The translations under genes and the position numbers were made by a program. DNA of 64,000 nucleotides from Podarcis melisellensis (taxonomy: Eukaryota), in assembly GCA_964234715.1 (NCBI GenBank), contig OZ174285.1. One strand, 5' to 3'. Below are positions 1 through 12,146 of the stretch, piece after piece. Position 1 is the stretch's first letter; each line of letters opens with the position of its first letter. Under the pieces are notes generated by a model that had not been told where the DNA came from, did not search any database, and worked only from the letters and a program-made list of their open reading frames with translations.

Positions 1-9
1 AAGGAATTA

Positions 10-367
10 CCGTATTTTTCGCTCTATAAGACGCACCAGACCATAAGACGCACCTAGTTTTTGGAGGAGGAAAACAAGAAAAAATAATATTCTGAATCTC
101 AGAAGCCAGAACCTGGTGCAGAAGGAATTACCGTATTTTTCGCTCTATAAGATGCACCAGACCATACGACGCACCTAGTTTTTGGAGGAGGAAAACAAGA
201 AAAAAAAATATTCTGAATCTTAGAAACCAGAACAGCAAGAGGGATCACTGTTGCTGTTCTGGCTTCTGGGATAGCTGTGCAGCCTGAATTTTCTCCATAA
301 GACACACACACATTTCCCCTTACTTTTTGGAAGGGAAAAGGTGAGTCTTAAAGAGCAAAAAATATGG
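10..367. mobile_element. TcMar (Tc2/pogo-like) MITE at 131-367, preceded by a duplicated 5' part at 10-~110
   Basis: TA|CCGTATTTTT start at 10 and 131; end AAAAAATATGG|TA at 367; same family as 7100-7523. Confidence 0.75.
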
Positions 368-516
368 TAAGTTATCCTATTGCCTGCAACTGAAATACTT
401 CCCACCCCCACAAAAAGAATAGACTCCTAGTTTTGGGAACCCAAATTTGCCCCTGAACATTGTGGGAAATTATTATTTTTTCAATTTTCAATTTTGGTTT
501 TCAATTTAGTCATAAT

Positions 517-636
517 GGGTTGTAGCCAAATACATTCTACTCAGAGTAGACCTTTTGATATTAATGAATCCAAGTTAGTCATGCCTGTTAACATAAATGG
601 GTATACTCTGAGTAGGACTAGCATTGGCTGCATCCC
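517..636. mobile_element. Short palindromic MITE (possibly Harbinger-type)
   Basis: Terminal inverted repeats GGGTTGTAGCCAA / TTGGCTGCATCCC, internal inverted CTACTCAGAGTAGACC / GGGTATACTCTGAGTAG, AAT on both flanks. Confidence 0.55.
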
Positions 637-1802
637 AATATTTATAAAATAGGTATCGGAGTCACAGCCACTATAATGCTACACCAAGTGAGAGAGACCA
701 GGACCAGGTTATGCTGCTAAAGGGATAGAATCAATAAGGACAATTCTGCTCAGCACTGCTAAGTCCTGGATTCCAAATTTGCTATTGCCATAGCGGAAAC
801 ATTTCCACAAGTGCATTGTAGCACTAGCTGTCAGGCTGAAATAATGCCTTACATGCCCTTTTGTAGCTTGCAGAATTAGCTTTATGAAATCCAGCTGTTT
901 CATAGAAATCCCTGACTAGCAGTGCCATCTAGCATTTTACAAAATGCTGCAGTGTTCAGAATGGGTGGGTTAGCATTTATGAAACCAGCCATTTGGTGTA
1001 ATGGATGCATTTATGGAGTTATTTGCCATCCTTGAATACATAATAGGACTTGCTTTCACAATCGGTGAATTACCCAGTGAAAAATCTGTACACACAAACC
1101 ATACTGGCAATTAATGTGTCAGAAAGCTTGGAGTCTGATGTATCCTTTAAGAGAGCAGAGAAATAGGAAAGAAGAAAAGGGTTGCATTCAATAGCTTCAG
1201 GTTGTATTGCAATGTAGCAAAAATGCTGTAAAGACAGAAATAAGGGATGGCAGGTGTTTAGGGTGTCCCATCCCCACCCCCACCCCCAGCTTTGCTTTAA
1301 AGAGCCCACACCAATGTGAAATGAACACAGGCAAGAGCAGCACAAAAAATATGCCAATATTTTAATGATCAACATCTGCCTCCCATGGCTGCGCAATTTA
1401 ACTTCTCATAATTTACTGTCATTATAAAATAAAAATGCTCTGTGTACATCTTAGGCACTTTTTAATGTGGTAGACCAGGTCCTGAACTTAGGTCCACTTT
1501 GGAGGGAAGTGACTGCAAATTGATAAGCAGTGGAGCCCAGAGTAGAATTTTACCCCTATTCCCATTGTCCCTTCATCAGCAACCAAGCAAGGTGAAGACT
1601 CTTACAAGGTGAAAACTCAAAGAGTTCCCTGTTTTCAACCTTAAGTGGCACAGCCCAACAGGTGCCTGAGTGGGCGGAGTCCGTTCAGGACCTGAAAATG
1701 CTTCACTGTGAAGCTGCTATCTACAGTTGAAAGGCTCAGCAAATGATGGAAACGACAAACAGATCTAGCTGTTCTTGACATTGAGGCAGGTCTCACAGGG
1801 AA

Positions 1803-1967
1803 GGGCCGTAGCTCAGTGTTAGAGCAGAAGGTCTCAGGTTCAACCACTAGCATCTCCTGGCAGGGTTGGGATAGACCCCTGCCTGAAGTCATGGTGAACC
1901 GCTGCCAGCCAATGCAGGCAGATGGACCTAATGGTCTGACTCAGTAGACTGCAGCTTCCTAAGTCCC
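1803..1967 (+). mobile_element. tRNA-derived SINE, Squam2/Anolis-SINE2-like
   Basis: A-box TAGCTCAGTGTTAGAGC, B-box-like GGTTCAACC, body and tail GATGGACC..TGGTCTGACTCAGT..GCAGCTTCCTA. Confidence 0.7.
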
Positions 1968-1972
1968 TTTAT

Positions 1973-2269
1973 CAGGGATGTCCAACAGGTCGATCGTGAT
2001 CTACTGGTAGGTCCTCGGAAGGTTTTGGTAGATCGCAGTCAATCGCTGGGTCCCTTTTCTTAGCGTTGGCAAAACAGAATCCAGACCTGTTTGTTTCCCC
2101 TGTGATCTGTTGGTGAGTGACTGTTCCCCTTTCACCCTATGAATGGCCAACAGCTTAGCCTAAAAAGCTCAACAACTTTGATCTGAACCCCTAAAAAAAC
2201 AGGGGTAGATCAATGCCAGCTTTTAATTCTGTGAGTAGATCGCCGTCTCTTGGGAGTTGGCCACCCCTG
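1973..2269. mobile_element. Non-autonomous hAT element
   Basis: TIRs CAGGGATGTCCAAC / GTTGGCCACCCCTG; 8-bp TSD CCCTTTAT (1965-1972) / CCCTATAT (2270-2277). Confidence 0.8.
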
Positions 2270-4054
2270 CCCTATATGGCACAGGGTTAGAAGCACCAAT
2301 GTTGCCCCTGCTGCCAGTCATGCCCACCACCCCACTTATCACCAGTGGTGGTTCTTTGGGCAATACTGGAGGACAACGGGCCCCTCGTTCAGAAGGATGC
2401 TTTTGCTTGGACCACAGCAGTCAGATCTGTGTTGGGAAAGCATCCAGCCAACTCCAAAAGAAACCCAAAGCATAGATGTCCTGAGGGAAGTTTATCAGCC
2501 TTCACCGTATCAGAGGAACAGATCAGCAAGCACACACGGTGGACACAGTGTACAGCATGATAGGAAGGTGCATTTGCCAAAAGCCATTTAACTGTGTGTG
2601 TCTCTATGTGTTTTTATAAGCAGTGGAAAGCAAACCTTTAAAAAAAAAATTTAAAGCATACAACCCTGGAGGGAAGAGGGGCACCTCCACGCTACAAATT
2701 CTCTCTTATGAAGCTGATTAGATGCCAGAAGCCCTGGAAACACAATTACCATGAGCAAAGCCTGAAAACTGTGGACTTCTGTGACTGTCCGGCCCGATCC
2801 AACACTTCAAAGCACTGTGCCACAGTACAAAATACATCTACAGCACAACTCACCCAAGTTCCACGAGTAGAAGTCAGCTTGCCAGTTCTATGTTTTAAAA
2901 GATACTGGACCTCTAGGTGGAGCTAGGAGGCAGAGAGAGGGGGGAATTTGGTGGATTATGGGCAAAGCATGGAAGAACGTGGTAGGGCATGGAAGAATAT
3001 GGTGCCCTACAACCTGGTAAAACCTGGATTGTGTGAGTTTTCACTCCTGAATACTAGCAAACCAGCACAATGCAGGTTTACTGCTCAAACCAGTAAAATT
3101 CCAGCTGGTTAGTGTTTCAAAGTCCTGGGCTTTTTACACTTGGTTCTGTCTGTTTTGCCTAACAGGCCATGAGCACTTAAGACATGTTTTTGGCCTTGCT
3201 TTTTTGTGTGTTCTTTGTGGGAGAAAATTACATCTTCCAAAAGTAATATGTTATATTAAGCTTTTAGGCTTTGGACTCCAAAACATACAATGCGTTGAGG
3301 CATCTCTTCTTTCTTTTTATAATTAAAATCAACTGTCGGAAACCCAATCCCTTCAGAAAGAACGTGGCACCACAATACCGCTTTTACTCTAAAGTTTCTT
3401 ATTTTTTTTCCTCCCAGTTCAAGGAAGCAAAAATATGTGCTGACTAACTGAATGCCTGTTACAGGGAAATTTCACTCTTCGTCCGGGCAACCTCTGACAT
3501 TTTTTTGCAACTCTAATAACCCAAAATGTAGTTTATGAAGCAATCAGTATTTCCACTGGAGCTGTAAAGGAAGAAGTCTTTTTCACGTGCCACAGAATAA
3601 ACAAAAGGTGTTTCCTTCTTTTCTTAGCTGGAAGCTATGTTACTATAAGGCCGATGGAGCAGGAAGACTGAGCTAATAACTTAGCCATTTGTGGATGCAT
3701 CAATTTGCTGTCACTGCCAGTGAAACTGATGAAAAGTGTTTTCCTATTGCAGGAAAAGTAGCAAAATTACAGAGGCTGCAATCCTACCACCTATTACTCA
3801 TAAGGAAAATACTGCTCTGCCATCTAGTCAAGAACTTTTTCCTCAATGATCAGAGTGGCCGTCCCATTAAGCAACCTGAGGCAGCCTAAGGTGGTGGACT
3901 GGGTGGGGTGGCAGAGTGGCGCCCCCATGGCCTACACCCATGGCTCATCTCCACTTCCCTGCCGCCCCAATGCCTTAATTTTAGGAGGGGTGGTTTTTAG
4001 ATTGAGGTATTGTGGGGCAAGATGGACCCAGGGAGCTCCCACACTGCTCACACT

Positions 4055-4308
4055 GAGCGCCAGTGTGGTGTAGGAGTTAAAAGCGGTAGACTCCTTATCT
4101 GGTGAACCGGGTTCGTGTCTCCGCTCCTCCACATGCAGCTGCTGGGCTAGTCACACTTCTTTGAAGTCTCTCAGCCTCACTCACCTCACAGAGTGTTTGT
4201 TGTGGGGGAGGAAGGGAAAGGAGAATGTTAGCCGCTTTGAGACTCCTTCGAGTAGTGATAAGGCGGGATATCAAATCCAAACTCCTCCTCCTCCTCTTCT
4301 TCTTCTTT
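4055..4308 (+). mobile_element. Squam3-like SINE
   Basis: tRNA-like head GAGCGCCAGTGTGGTGTAG..GGGTTCGTGTCTCC, (CCT/CTT)n tail; closely similar reverse copy at 36103-36361; possible ACACT TSD. Confidence 0.8.
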
Positions 4309-4526
4309 ACACTGTTACAATCTTAGTCAGTATTTGCTGTTGCAGCAATCTGATTGGTGCTGCTCCTATGGGGCCACCTGAGGCCATTTTGCCCTGGTCA
4401 CCCCAATGATTCAGTCTGAGGAAGGGCTGTCTGGACATAGGGTCCTTCCTCAGAGTGAGGCATTTTGCCTGTGTTGGTGCTATTGAAGCAGCAGCAAAAA
4501 TGCCGAGATGGTGGTGATGATGAGGC

Positions 4527-4907
4527 CAGGGGTGGAGGAAGGGTGTGTGTGGTCGGTACAGGCCCCCCCTCAGGTGTCACCTCTGAGGGGGTGGGTGACA
4601 AAATGCCATCTGGCACTCACCGTGGGGTCTGCAACACGCCTAAGCTATGTGTCACTCTTGGGAGAGACGCAGTGGCTTGGGCACCCGCAGGTTCCATGCT
4701 GCCCCAAACGGTCCACCTGCCACCACCACCCCTCAGTTGTAGGATGGCTGAGTGGGAGGAGGCAGGCAGACTCCTGAGTGGGAGGCTGAGTGGGAGGAGG
4801 CTGAGTGTCCTGCCCCACCCCAGCTAGCCCCCACGGGCAGCTGGCCCTGCTCCTGGACACAGGCACACACGCCACCCCAGGCACCCAATCGGCTTGCTCC
4901 ACCGCTG
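4527..4907. mobile_element. Non-autonomous hAT (Tip100-like) element with internal GGCTGAGTGGGAGGA repeats
   Basis: TIRs CAGGGGTGGAG / CTCCACCGCTG; TSD GATGAGGC (4519-4526) / GGTGAGGC (4908-4915); 5' part similar to 62860-62998. Confidence 0.7.
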
Positions 4908-7099
4908 GGTGAGGCTCACTGATCTGGCATTTTGCTGCCTGACTCAGAGTATCAAACTCTCCCCACTCAAGGTCCATTGTATCCAAGGCCGATCAAGGTT
5001 TATAAGCACCTACGGCAGAAAACCCCCAAAGCATATCTTCCCTTTCCTGGTAGTAAGAATACAACAATAATACATCAACAATTTGCTTCACTTTCATGGC
5101 ACTCAAAACCAGTTGCTTGATGTGGCTTCCTCATTCTACGCAATGGTAGGGCTGGCTGATAAAGACGACACGGGCACAATATCCCTCCCTTGTAGTATTC
5201 AGAAGTATGCTGCCTTAGACCTCGGAGGGTTCATTTACCCATCACTGCTAACATGCAGGTAGATCGGCCTCAAGTTTTCATATAAAGACAAATGCCTCAA
5301 CCACAAAATCCCACAAATTCATATTTTTTTACTAACCTCAAATGAAAGAAGAGTTTAAGCCACTTAAAGAAGATACGGATTTGTGGCCCAAAACTGTCTG
5401 GTTTCCTTCTCCAGCTCTAAAATTATCCCGAGCATAGCGGATGGGGTTTGGGCTGGGCTCTGACTAGGAGATAGTTGTGGTGAGCCCTTTAGCCACAATG
5501 AAATGGATGGATTTCTGTGGGCTTATTGGTAGCACAAAATGTCACACATTTCCTGTTAGTCTGGCAACATGAAATGTCAAAAGAATCTGGTTGCTTGATT
5601 GAAATGATTGTGTGGATGCACAGAAAAGCTTTGCTTATTGATCCAGGTATATCCAAAATGTTTGGAAAGTAGGATTTTGGATTGATGAAATTAAGATTCA
5701 TGAAAGTAAAATTCTGGATTCATTCCAGTGTTGTTTGCTGCAGCCTGATGCATTTCAGGGTGGGGGGGGGCAAACAGAATGTGTCTTATCTAGAATTTGG
5801 AGGGGTTGATTCAGTTTGTATTTAAAGGCAAATCTATCAAATCTGCACTTTTCAAAACAGCACGAGAACTGAAACACAGCCATTCGTTGAAATCCAAACT
5901 TACCTGAATTTTGTAATGGAGTTATCCAACCAACATTTACAAAAATGCACCTATTAGTCAAAATAACATATCAAAATGCATTACATTGGGGGGGGGGTTA
6001 CTTGCAAAAATGTGTACATTCGTCCGAACTGCACAGCCAAAGGTGTTTATTAGTAGAAATTTGCACTAAAATGCCAAAAAATAAATAAATCATGAATTAC
6101 AGAATTAACAAATTGCTGCAGTTGTCCCATGCACACAATGATTAAGTTGGATATAATGCTATATTTCTGCAGCATAATTTTTTTAACATTAATACATAAT
6201 AGATATACACTTTGTTGTATATATATATATATGCCATTTACATTACGAAACCTGGACAGAATATATGTGTGGCATCGCTGTAATAAAACAGGATTGTATA
6301 CATGTCATAATTGTGAAAACTGAATTGTTTCCCTGTCCTGGCCCACCAAATGCATCTCTGGAATAACTCTGGAAAGATCCTACAGCTTTGACATGAGTGT
6401 AGACCTTTTCGGAAGTTGTGCTGACCATGCAACAGGGGCAGGCAGGCATGACTCCACTCTCCCACCAATGCCCTGTGTGCATTCGGTGCACACAGTCAAA
6501 ACATGTGCACAATCTTACTGCCAGCCTTATTTCCCAGTCGTCTTTAAACAAGGCACTGAGGCCAATACCTGCCCAGTCAAAGGAAGAACAATAAAAGGAA
6601 CATAAATATAGGTGGAGAAGATTTTCGTTCTGGCCAGGATATCTTGGCAGGCTAAATGTGAAGGTGTTCTGCATAACAAGCCTACAGAGGTCAGGAGGGC
6701 CCTGGTTTCCCCTGTGATCAGGAAGGCCCTGCCTCTCACAGCACAGTGCCGCCTGATGCTGGCGCAGCTCCAAAGAGCTGTCGAACTAATTCTGTGAGCC
6801 CAAGAGGTCTTGACATTTGGTGTGGCCCTTATCACAAACAATTGCCCCCGTGCCACGGAGCCAGTTGTTTTCGAAATGGAAGGGAGGTTCGACATCAGTT
6901 TGTCATAAGAAATTTGGGTCTGGGGGTGGCGCTGCCGTGCAAAGAGAAAGATTTAAAACATTATATCACCAGCTAAACATTGTGACACACCGATATATCG
7001 TGATGTCTGAAATAAGGGTGGAACTGTGTAGAGAAGAATGGGGTAATGTCCTGGCAACGGCTACTACTTAGGGGTCTAAAACCAATACATTTTTACTTA

Positions 7100-7523
7100 C
7101 CGTATTTTTCGCTCTATAAGACACACCAGACCATAAGGTGCACCTAGTTTTTGGAGGAGGAAAACAAGAAAAAAAATATATTCTGAATCCCAGAAGCCAG
7201 AACAGCAAGAGGAATCTGGCTTCTGGGATAGCCTCTTGCTGTTCTGGCTTCTGGGATAGCTACGCGAAGCCTCTTCAGGGCAGCAGGATGAAGGAAGAGG
7301 CTGTGTGTTCCCCCCTGGCTGGAAGAGGCTGTGTGTGGCTAAGGCAGAAGCCAGGGCATCAAGCGGGGCTCCGTTCCTCCTCCCGCTTCACAGGAGAGGT
7401 GCTTCGCTGAAGGGGCGCTGCACAGCTCTCCCTCTCTGCGTAGCGCCATTCGCTCTATAAGACGCACTCACATTTCCCCTTATATTTTAGGAGGAAAAAA
7501 GTGCATCTTGTGGAGAAATACGG
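7100..7523. mobile_element. TcMar (Tc2/pogo-like) MITE
   Basis: TA|CCGTATTT ... AAATACGG|TA; first ~110 bp nearly identical to the element at 131. Confidence 0.8.
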
Positions 7524-7958
7524 TACCTTTAACATATTGTTACAACTGTTATTTTATAGTACAGAGGAACAGGGGCAGCAAGAATCACGAGAAAAGTGGT
7601 GACAGGCTTCACTATTTTCCCCATATCACAATTATTTACATAGCACACATGCTCATTGTGATTCGCAATATATATTTGCCATGTCAAATATGATGAAACC
7701 GTTATCATGATGTGGACTTCAAAACCATTTTGGATGATACATTGTCCAGCACTAGAGCTCAGTTCTAGCCGGCACACAGATGATGGCCTCTTCCTAATTG
7801 TGACCACATACAGTATGTATTATTTGTGGTTTGCATCAAATTTGCAAATACTTATTTATATGTATATATGCAGACTTTAAGTACTATAATTTAAATAGAA
7901 GTAAATGCTTCCTATATTCCCAAGACGGTGATCAGGTGAGTGTGCCTGCTCAGTCTTT

Positions 7959-8162
7959 TCCCCCCTCTGTTTTAATTTTTTATTAAATTTTCCAACATAC
8001 ATTTATTGTGTCCAATCTAAATTTATCACATATTTTCTCTTTTAGACTTCCTTCAACCTGTCTGACAATCATCCATTATTCAAATTTTTAAACATGCATT
8101 TCCTAAATTTATATGGCATTTCATAAACCTTCACACACTTAGTTTTCATCAATATTGATGAC
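7959..8162 (-). mobile_element. 5'-truncated LINE 3' end (L1/Tx1-like)
   Basis: Flanked by perfect 15-bp direct repeat GCCTGCTCAGTCTTT (7944-7958, 8163-8177); minus strand ends in AATAAA and A-rich sequence. Confidence 0.6.
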
Positions 8163-8282
8163 GCCTGCTCAGTCTTTCGTCCAGGGACTAACTGCTGGTG
8201 TGCTAGTGAAGACCCCTGCTATCCTTTCTTATGATTCTTTGTCTTTAAATTGCACTTGGAATAGACAGCTCTTCAAACAGGG

Positions 8283-8284
<2 letters not shown>

Positions 8285-8331
<47 letters not shown>

Positions 8332-8351
8332 TTATATATATATATATATAT
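8285..8351. repeat. Interrupted (TA)n microsatellite
   Basis: Direct reading. Confidence 0.95.
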
Positions 8352-10863
8352 GAATGAGAGTCTATAGAACACTGTAGGACACATGACCACCCTATTGAAG
8401 TCCCAGAGTCTCTGAGGCAGAGATTGGGTGGGAAGGGATGCTGGCTTCTCAGAGACATACCAGGAGCTCAGTCAAACACAGGACATTGAACTAATACATT
8501 GGGTGAATCATCTTTCATAAAAACGATCTCAATAATAGAAGGGTGGCGTGCAAATAGTAAAGAGCAGAGCAGGGAGGAGCAGTGCATGTTCTAGCAAAGA
8601 CAAGGAAACACAGATATTTCCTTTCTTTATTTTTCCCCGGAGCCCAACCTGTTTTGGTGTAATGTGTTCGACCCCTTTGCTTCTGGGAAATGACCAGAGT
8701 GAGACCACTTTTGTAAGAAGTGGCTCCAACGCTCACAAACATGGGAGAAACGCCTTGTCTGTTGGCAAAGTGGGTTTGCTAGGACAGTCTGTGGCTAGCT
8801 GCTCTGTGGATTCTGGAAAAGTGCCCGTTGGGCTTTTCTAATATGCTGCAATTTTTCAGAAGAAGATGCCATTTTTTCACATACAAATAGAAACATAAGC
8901 AATGCAAATCCCATTGTTTGCAGTGGGATGAGGTGCACATCAAACCTAGTGGCGTGTTTAGGGGGAGCTTAGCATGAGGCTGCAATGATTTGGATCTGTG
9001 TGGCCAATTTCTCAAAGGGTTGTATGACAGAATGACTAAACTTCAGACAGCCTACTAAATCTAACTAACATGCTGGATGAATTTGAAATAATGCTCGAAA
9101 GAAGATACCGTATCATTAAGCTTTTGCTCATGCACTCTGATGTTTGTGAAAGCCTAAGCAATTTGCTAATAGCTCTAAATCCTGATTCATTTCAGTATTT
9201 AGAGGTTGTGTGACATTTCCCACAATTTAATTAGATTATTCTAACTAGAGAAAACTTGTAAAAGTATGGTCCATCCCAAGCCATGTGGCCTGCAGCAATG
9301 GCAGGTAATTAAGCTTCACAAAGATACAAAAAATAAAATTAAAAAATGACAATAGCAATGCTGGGAATGAGCAGTGGCCTTTATATACACCTTAGCTCTC
9401 CCCTTCAAATTGAAGCTGGCTTGGGAGTCCATAAAACAAAGACTGAACCTGACTGACCAGTTGCCCTCCAGCAGTTTTTTGTGGTTTTTTTCTAGGAAAT
9501 GAGGCACCATATTTCAACATTTTTTTCTCAAACCAGCAACCAGGTACCTGTTTCCAATTTCCAGAGGTCACTTGTTCGGGAGCCCTTCTTGAGGAAGCAA
9601 GATGGGTCACAATTCTGCAACAGCATGGTCTCAATACTGCTGAATGCAATTGCCAATCTACCTTGAAATACATGTGCAGAACTGAGGAACATCAAACTAA
9701 ATTCCTTATGCACAGATACCTGTTTTTCTCTCTTTCCCTTTCCTCATTGTAGCATGGTCTAATCTTCCTCTATGAATGATATAGAACAGATACTGAAACT
9801 TACAGCCCTCCCCTCCCAAACTCTCTCATCCATTGGGATAGCTCTGAGGGAATACCCCAAAATATAAAGCTGGCCTTCATAGTAAAAATGAAATTAGTTA
9901 TTGCAGTTATTCAATATTAGTCCAATTTTCAACATTTGCATGTTGAAATTCTCCAGATTTTTGGCTTTTGAAGGTATCAAATATAAAGTATTACCAGCTG
10001 ACAGCTGTCAAATATGAAACACGACTCCATGTCAACTATTCTGTCAACATCAATCTTCAAATACGTTTCAAATAATGAAATCAAATGCTACTGGGTTGAT
10101 TATGCACTATCATTGGGTAACAGTGATCTGGTGGACAGTCAACATGAATCGTGGGTAGGATTTTTTAACATTGAGATTTAAATGTTCAAAGGAAGTTAAA
10201 ATGACTCATAACTCAGAATCTGAGATTACATTGAGAAACACTGTGAAGAACAAATTAAGTTATTAAAAACTCATAAACTTAAGTATGGCTACTGAATAAC
10301 ATTGTTTCCCAAAACTATGAATGGGTCTAGCATGTTTCAGTTTGTTATGTGGCTGTTCTAGATTAGCATTTTGTTTTCCACCTTTGGTTTATTTTAATCA
10401 AATCAGAATTAGATGGCTACCTATGGTGCCCACAGAGGTGGATTCCAGGCAGCGTGATTGGTTTCCCCGCTCTGGGCGCCAAGTTGGGTGTAGGGGCACT
10501 GTAGGCAATCACAACTATGTTGTAGTGCACATGCACATGAAGGTGAGAGGGCACCAAATTTTGGCTTCCCACAGGGCACCACTGATATTTGAAATACCCA
10601 AGTCCACCCCTGGGTGAAGACATGACTTTTTACGCAGACAATCCTGATTGTTTCCTTCTCATAGATAACCTAGTGTTAAATGTCTGAATCAGCAAAACAT
10701 ATGAAGGATATGCCTTGTGACTAAGGCACAAAAGCCAAATATGCTGCTGGCTAATACATCTCTAATAAAACCGGGGGGGGGGGGAGAGACCAGTTAAAGA
10801 ACAACCACTTGCCCTCCCTTTGTACTGCGGTTTTCTATATGCTAACTTTTCTTCCTTCCTGAT

Positions 10864-11277
10864 TGTCAGGGAACTGCCATCGCAACTAGCGGAGGAGGCG
10901 AGGCTCCACAGCGATGCTGGAGAGGGGCCAAGCAGGGAGAGAGGCAGGTCTCCGGCTGGGGAAGATAATCGGTGCTACACCAGGGATAGAGGGGGGGGGC
11001 GATGGAGGAAGCAGAGAGGAGGCTCCAGGACTCATCGCCAGAGACCAGTGAGGAGAGCACAGGTCCTCCGCTGCCCACACCCACCCTGCGCAGAAGACTT
11101 CCGCGCAGGGAAAGTAGGCGGCGACTTGGCATCAAAGAGCTTCTTTGCTGGAAGAGGTTCAAGAAATGCCCACTGACGGATTCTGCCAGTGACTGAACAG
11201 CCACGGAGTGGATGGCTGTCCAGCGAGAAACGGTTTAACCAGGCAACCTAGCCCAGAGAGGCGGTAACTTACGCACA
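10864..11277 (+). mobile_element. Solo LTR-like element (Gypsy or DIRS/Ngaro-type terminal repeat)
   Basis: Purine- and CpG-rich island starting TGTCAGG and ending ACGCACA in AT-rich surroundings; no TSD seen. Confidence 0.5.
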
Positions 11278-11883
11278 AGCAACCCTTAAAGCCATTACAC
11301 CGGTGCACCACATTTTTTACCATGCTATGACAGCACTAAGCAGATCACTCCATCAGTGCAAGCATTTGTGCTTCCCTGATGGAACGACAGTCCCAGATTG
11401 AGCATGGTGTGGGCTGTTCTCCCGCACAGAATGCTGAGCCAAGGGGGTGCATAACACAATAGTAAAACCTATATTTATACGGGTACATACAGAGAAGATC
11501 CATAAACAAGCATCTGTACCAAAATGAATTATTGTGAAAATGATAAATATTTAGTTGGAGGGGCACCAAATTTTGTCATCGCTCAGGGCATCTTATTACG
11601 CAAGTGCACCCCTAAGCAATCTGCTTTTTCAGGGGCTCTCCTGACTCCACCAAGACAATTTTGCACAGGGGGTTTTGCAGGGAGAGGAGAGGCAGGGAAC
11701 GCCCCATTGCACTTTTGGAAGTCCTTGCAGGGACCTCCGCTGGCGGAATCTGGCCTGTTAGTTTTAATGGGTATGCTGTGACATAGGTGTGTGACCTTAG
11801 GGTCATATACAACCCTTAGTCTTTAAAGGATAATCCTTATGTGTAATGGTTTCCATAAGAGAAACCACATGATCTCTCTAATG

Positions 11884-11964
11884 CAGGGATGGGAAACCTG
11901 TGGCCCTGCAGAAGTTGTGGGATTAAAACTCCCATAATCTCTGACCAAAGTTTTCTCATTCCTG
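11884..11964. mobile_element. Internally deleted hAT MITE
   Basis: CAGGGATGGGAAAC ... TTTTCTCATTCCTG; TSD CTCTAATG / CTGTAATG. Confidence 0.65.
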
Positions 11965-11984
11965 CTGTAATGCAAAAATTGGTG

Positions 11985-12146
11985 NNNNNNNNNNNNNNNN
12001 NNNNNNNNNNNNNNNNNNNNNNNNNNNNNNNNNNNNNNNNNNNNNNNNNNNNNNNNNNNNNNNNNNNNNNNNNNNNNNNNNNNNNNNNNNNNNNNNNNNN
12101 NNNNNNNNNNNNNNNNNNNNNNNNNNNNNNNNNNNNNNNNNNNNNN
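11985..12146. other. Assembly gap (162 N)
   Basis: Run of N. Confidence 1.

Noticed and set aside
1803-1850. tRNA-like sequence (also in Squam3 and Sauria SINE heads)
   Set aside because: No full cloverleaf; continues into SINE body and tail.
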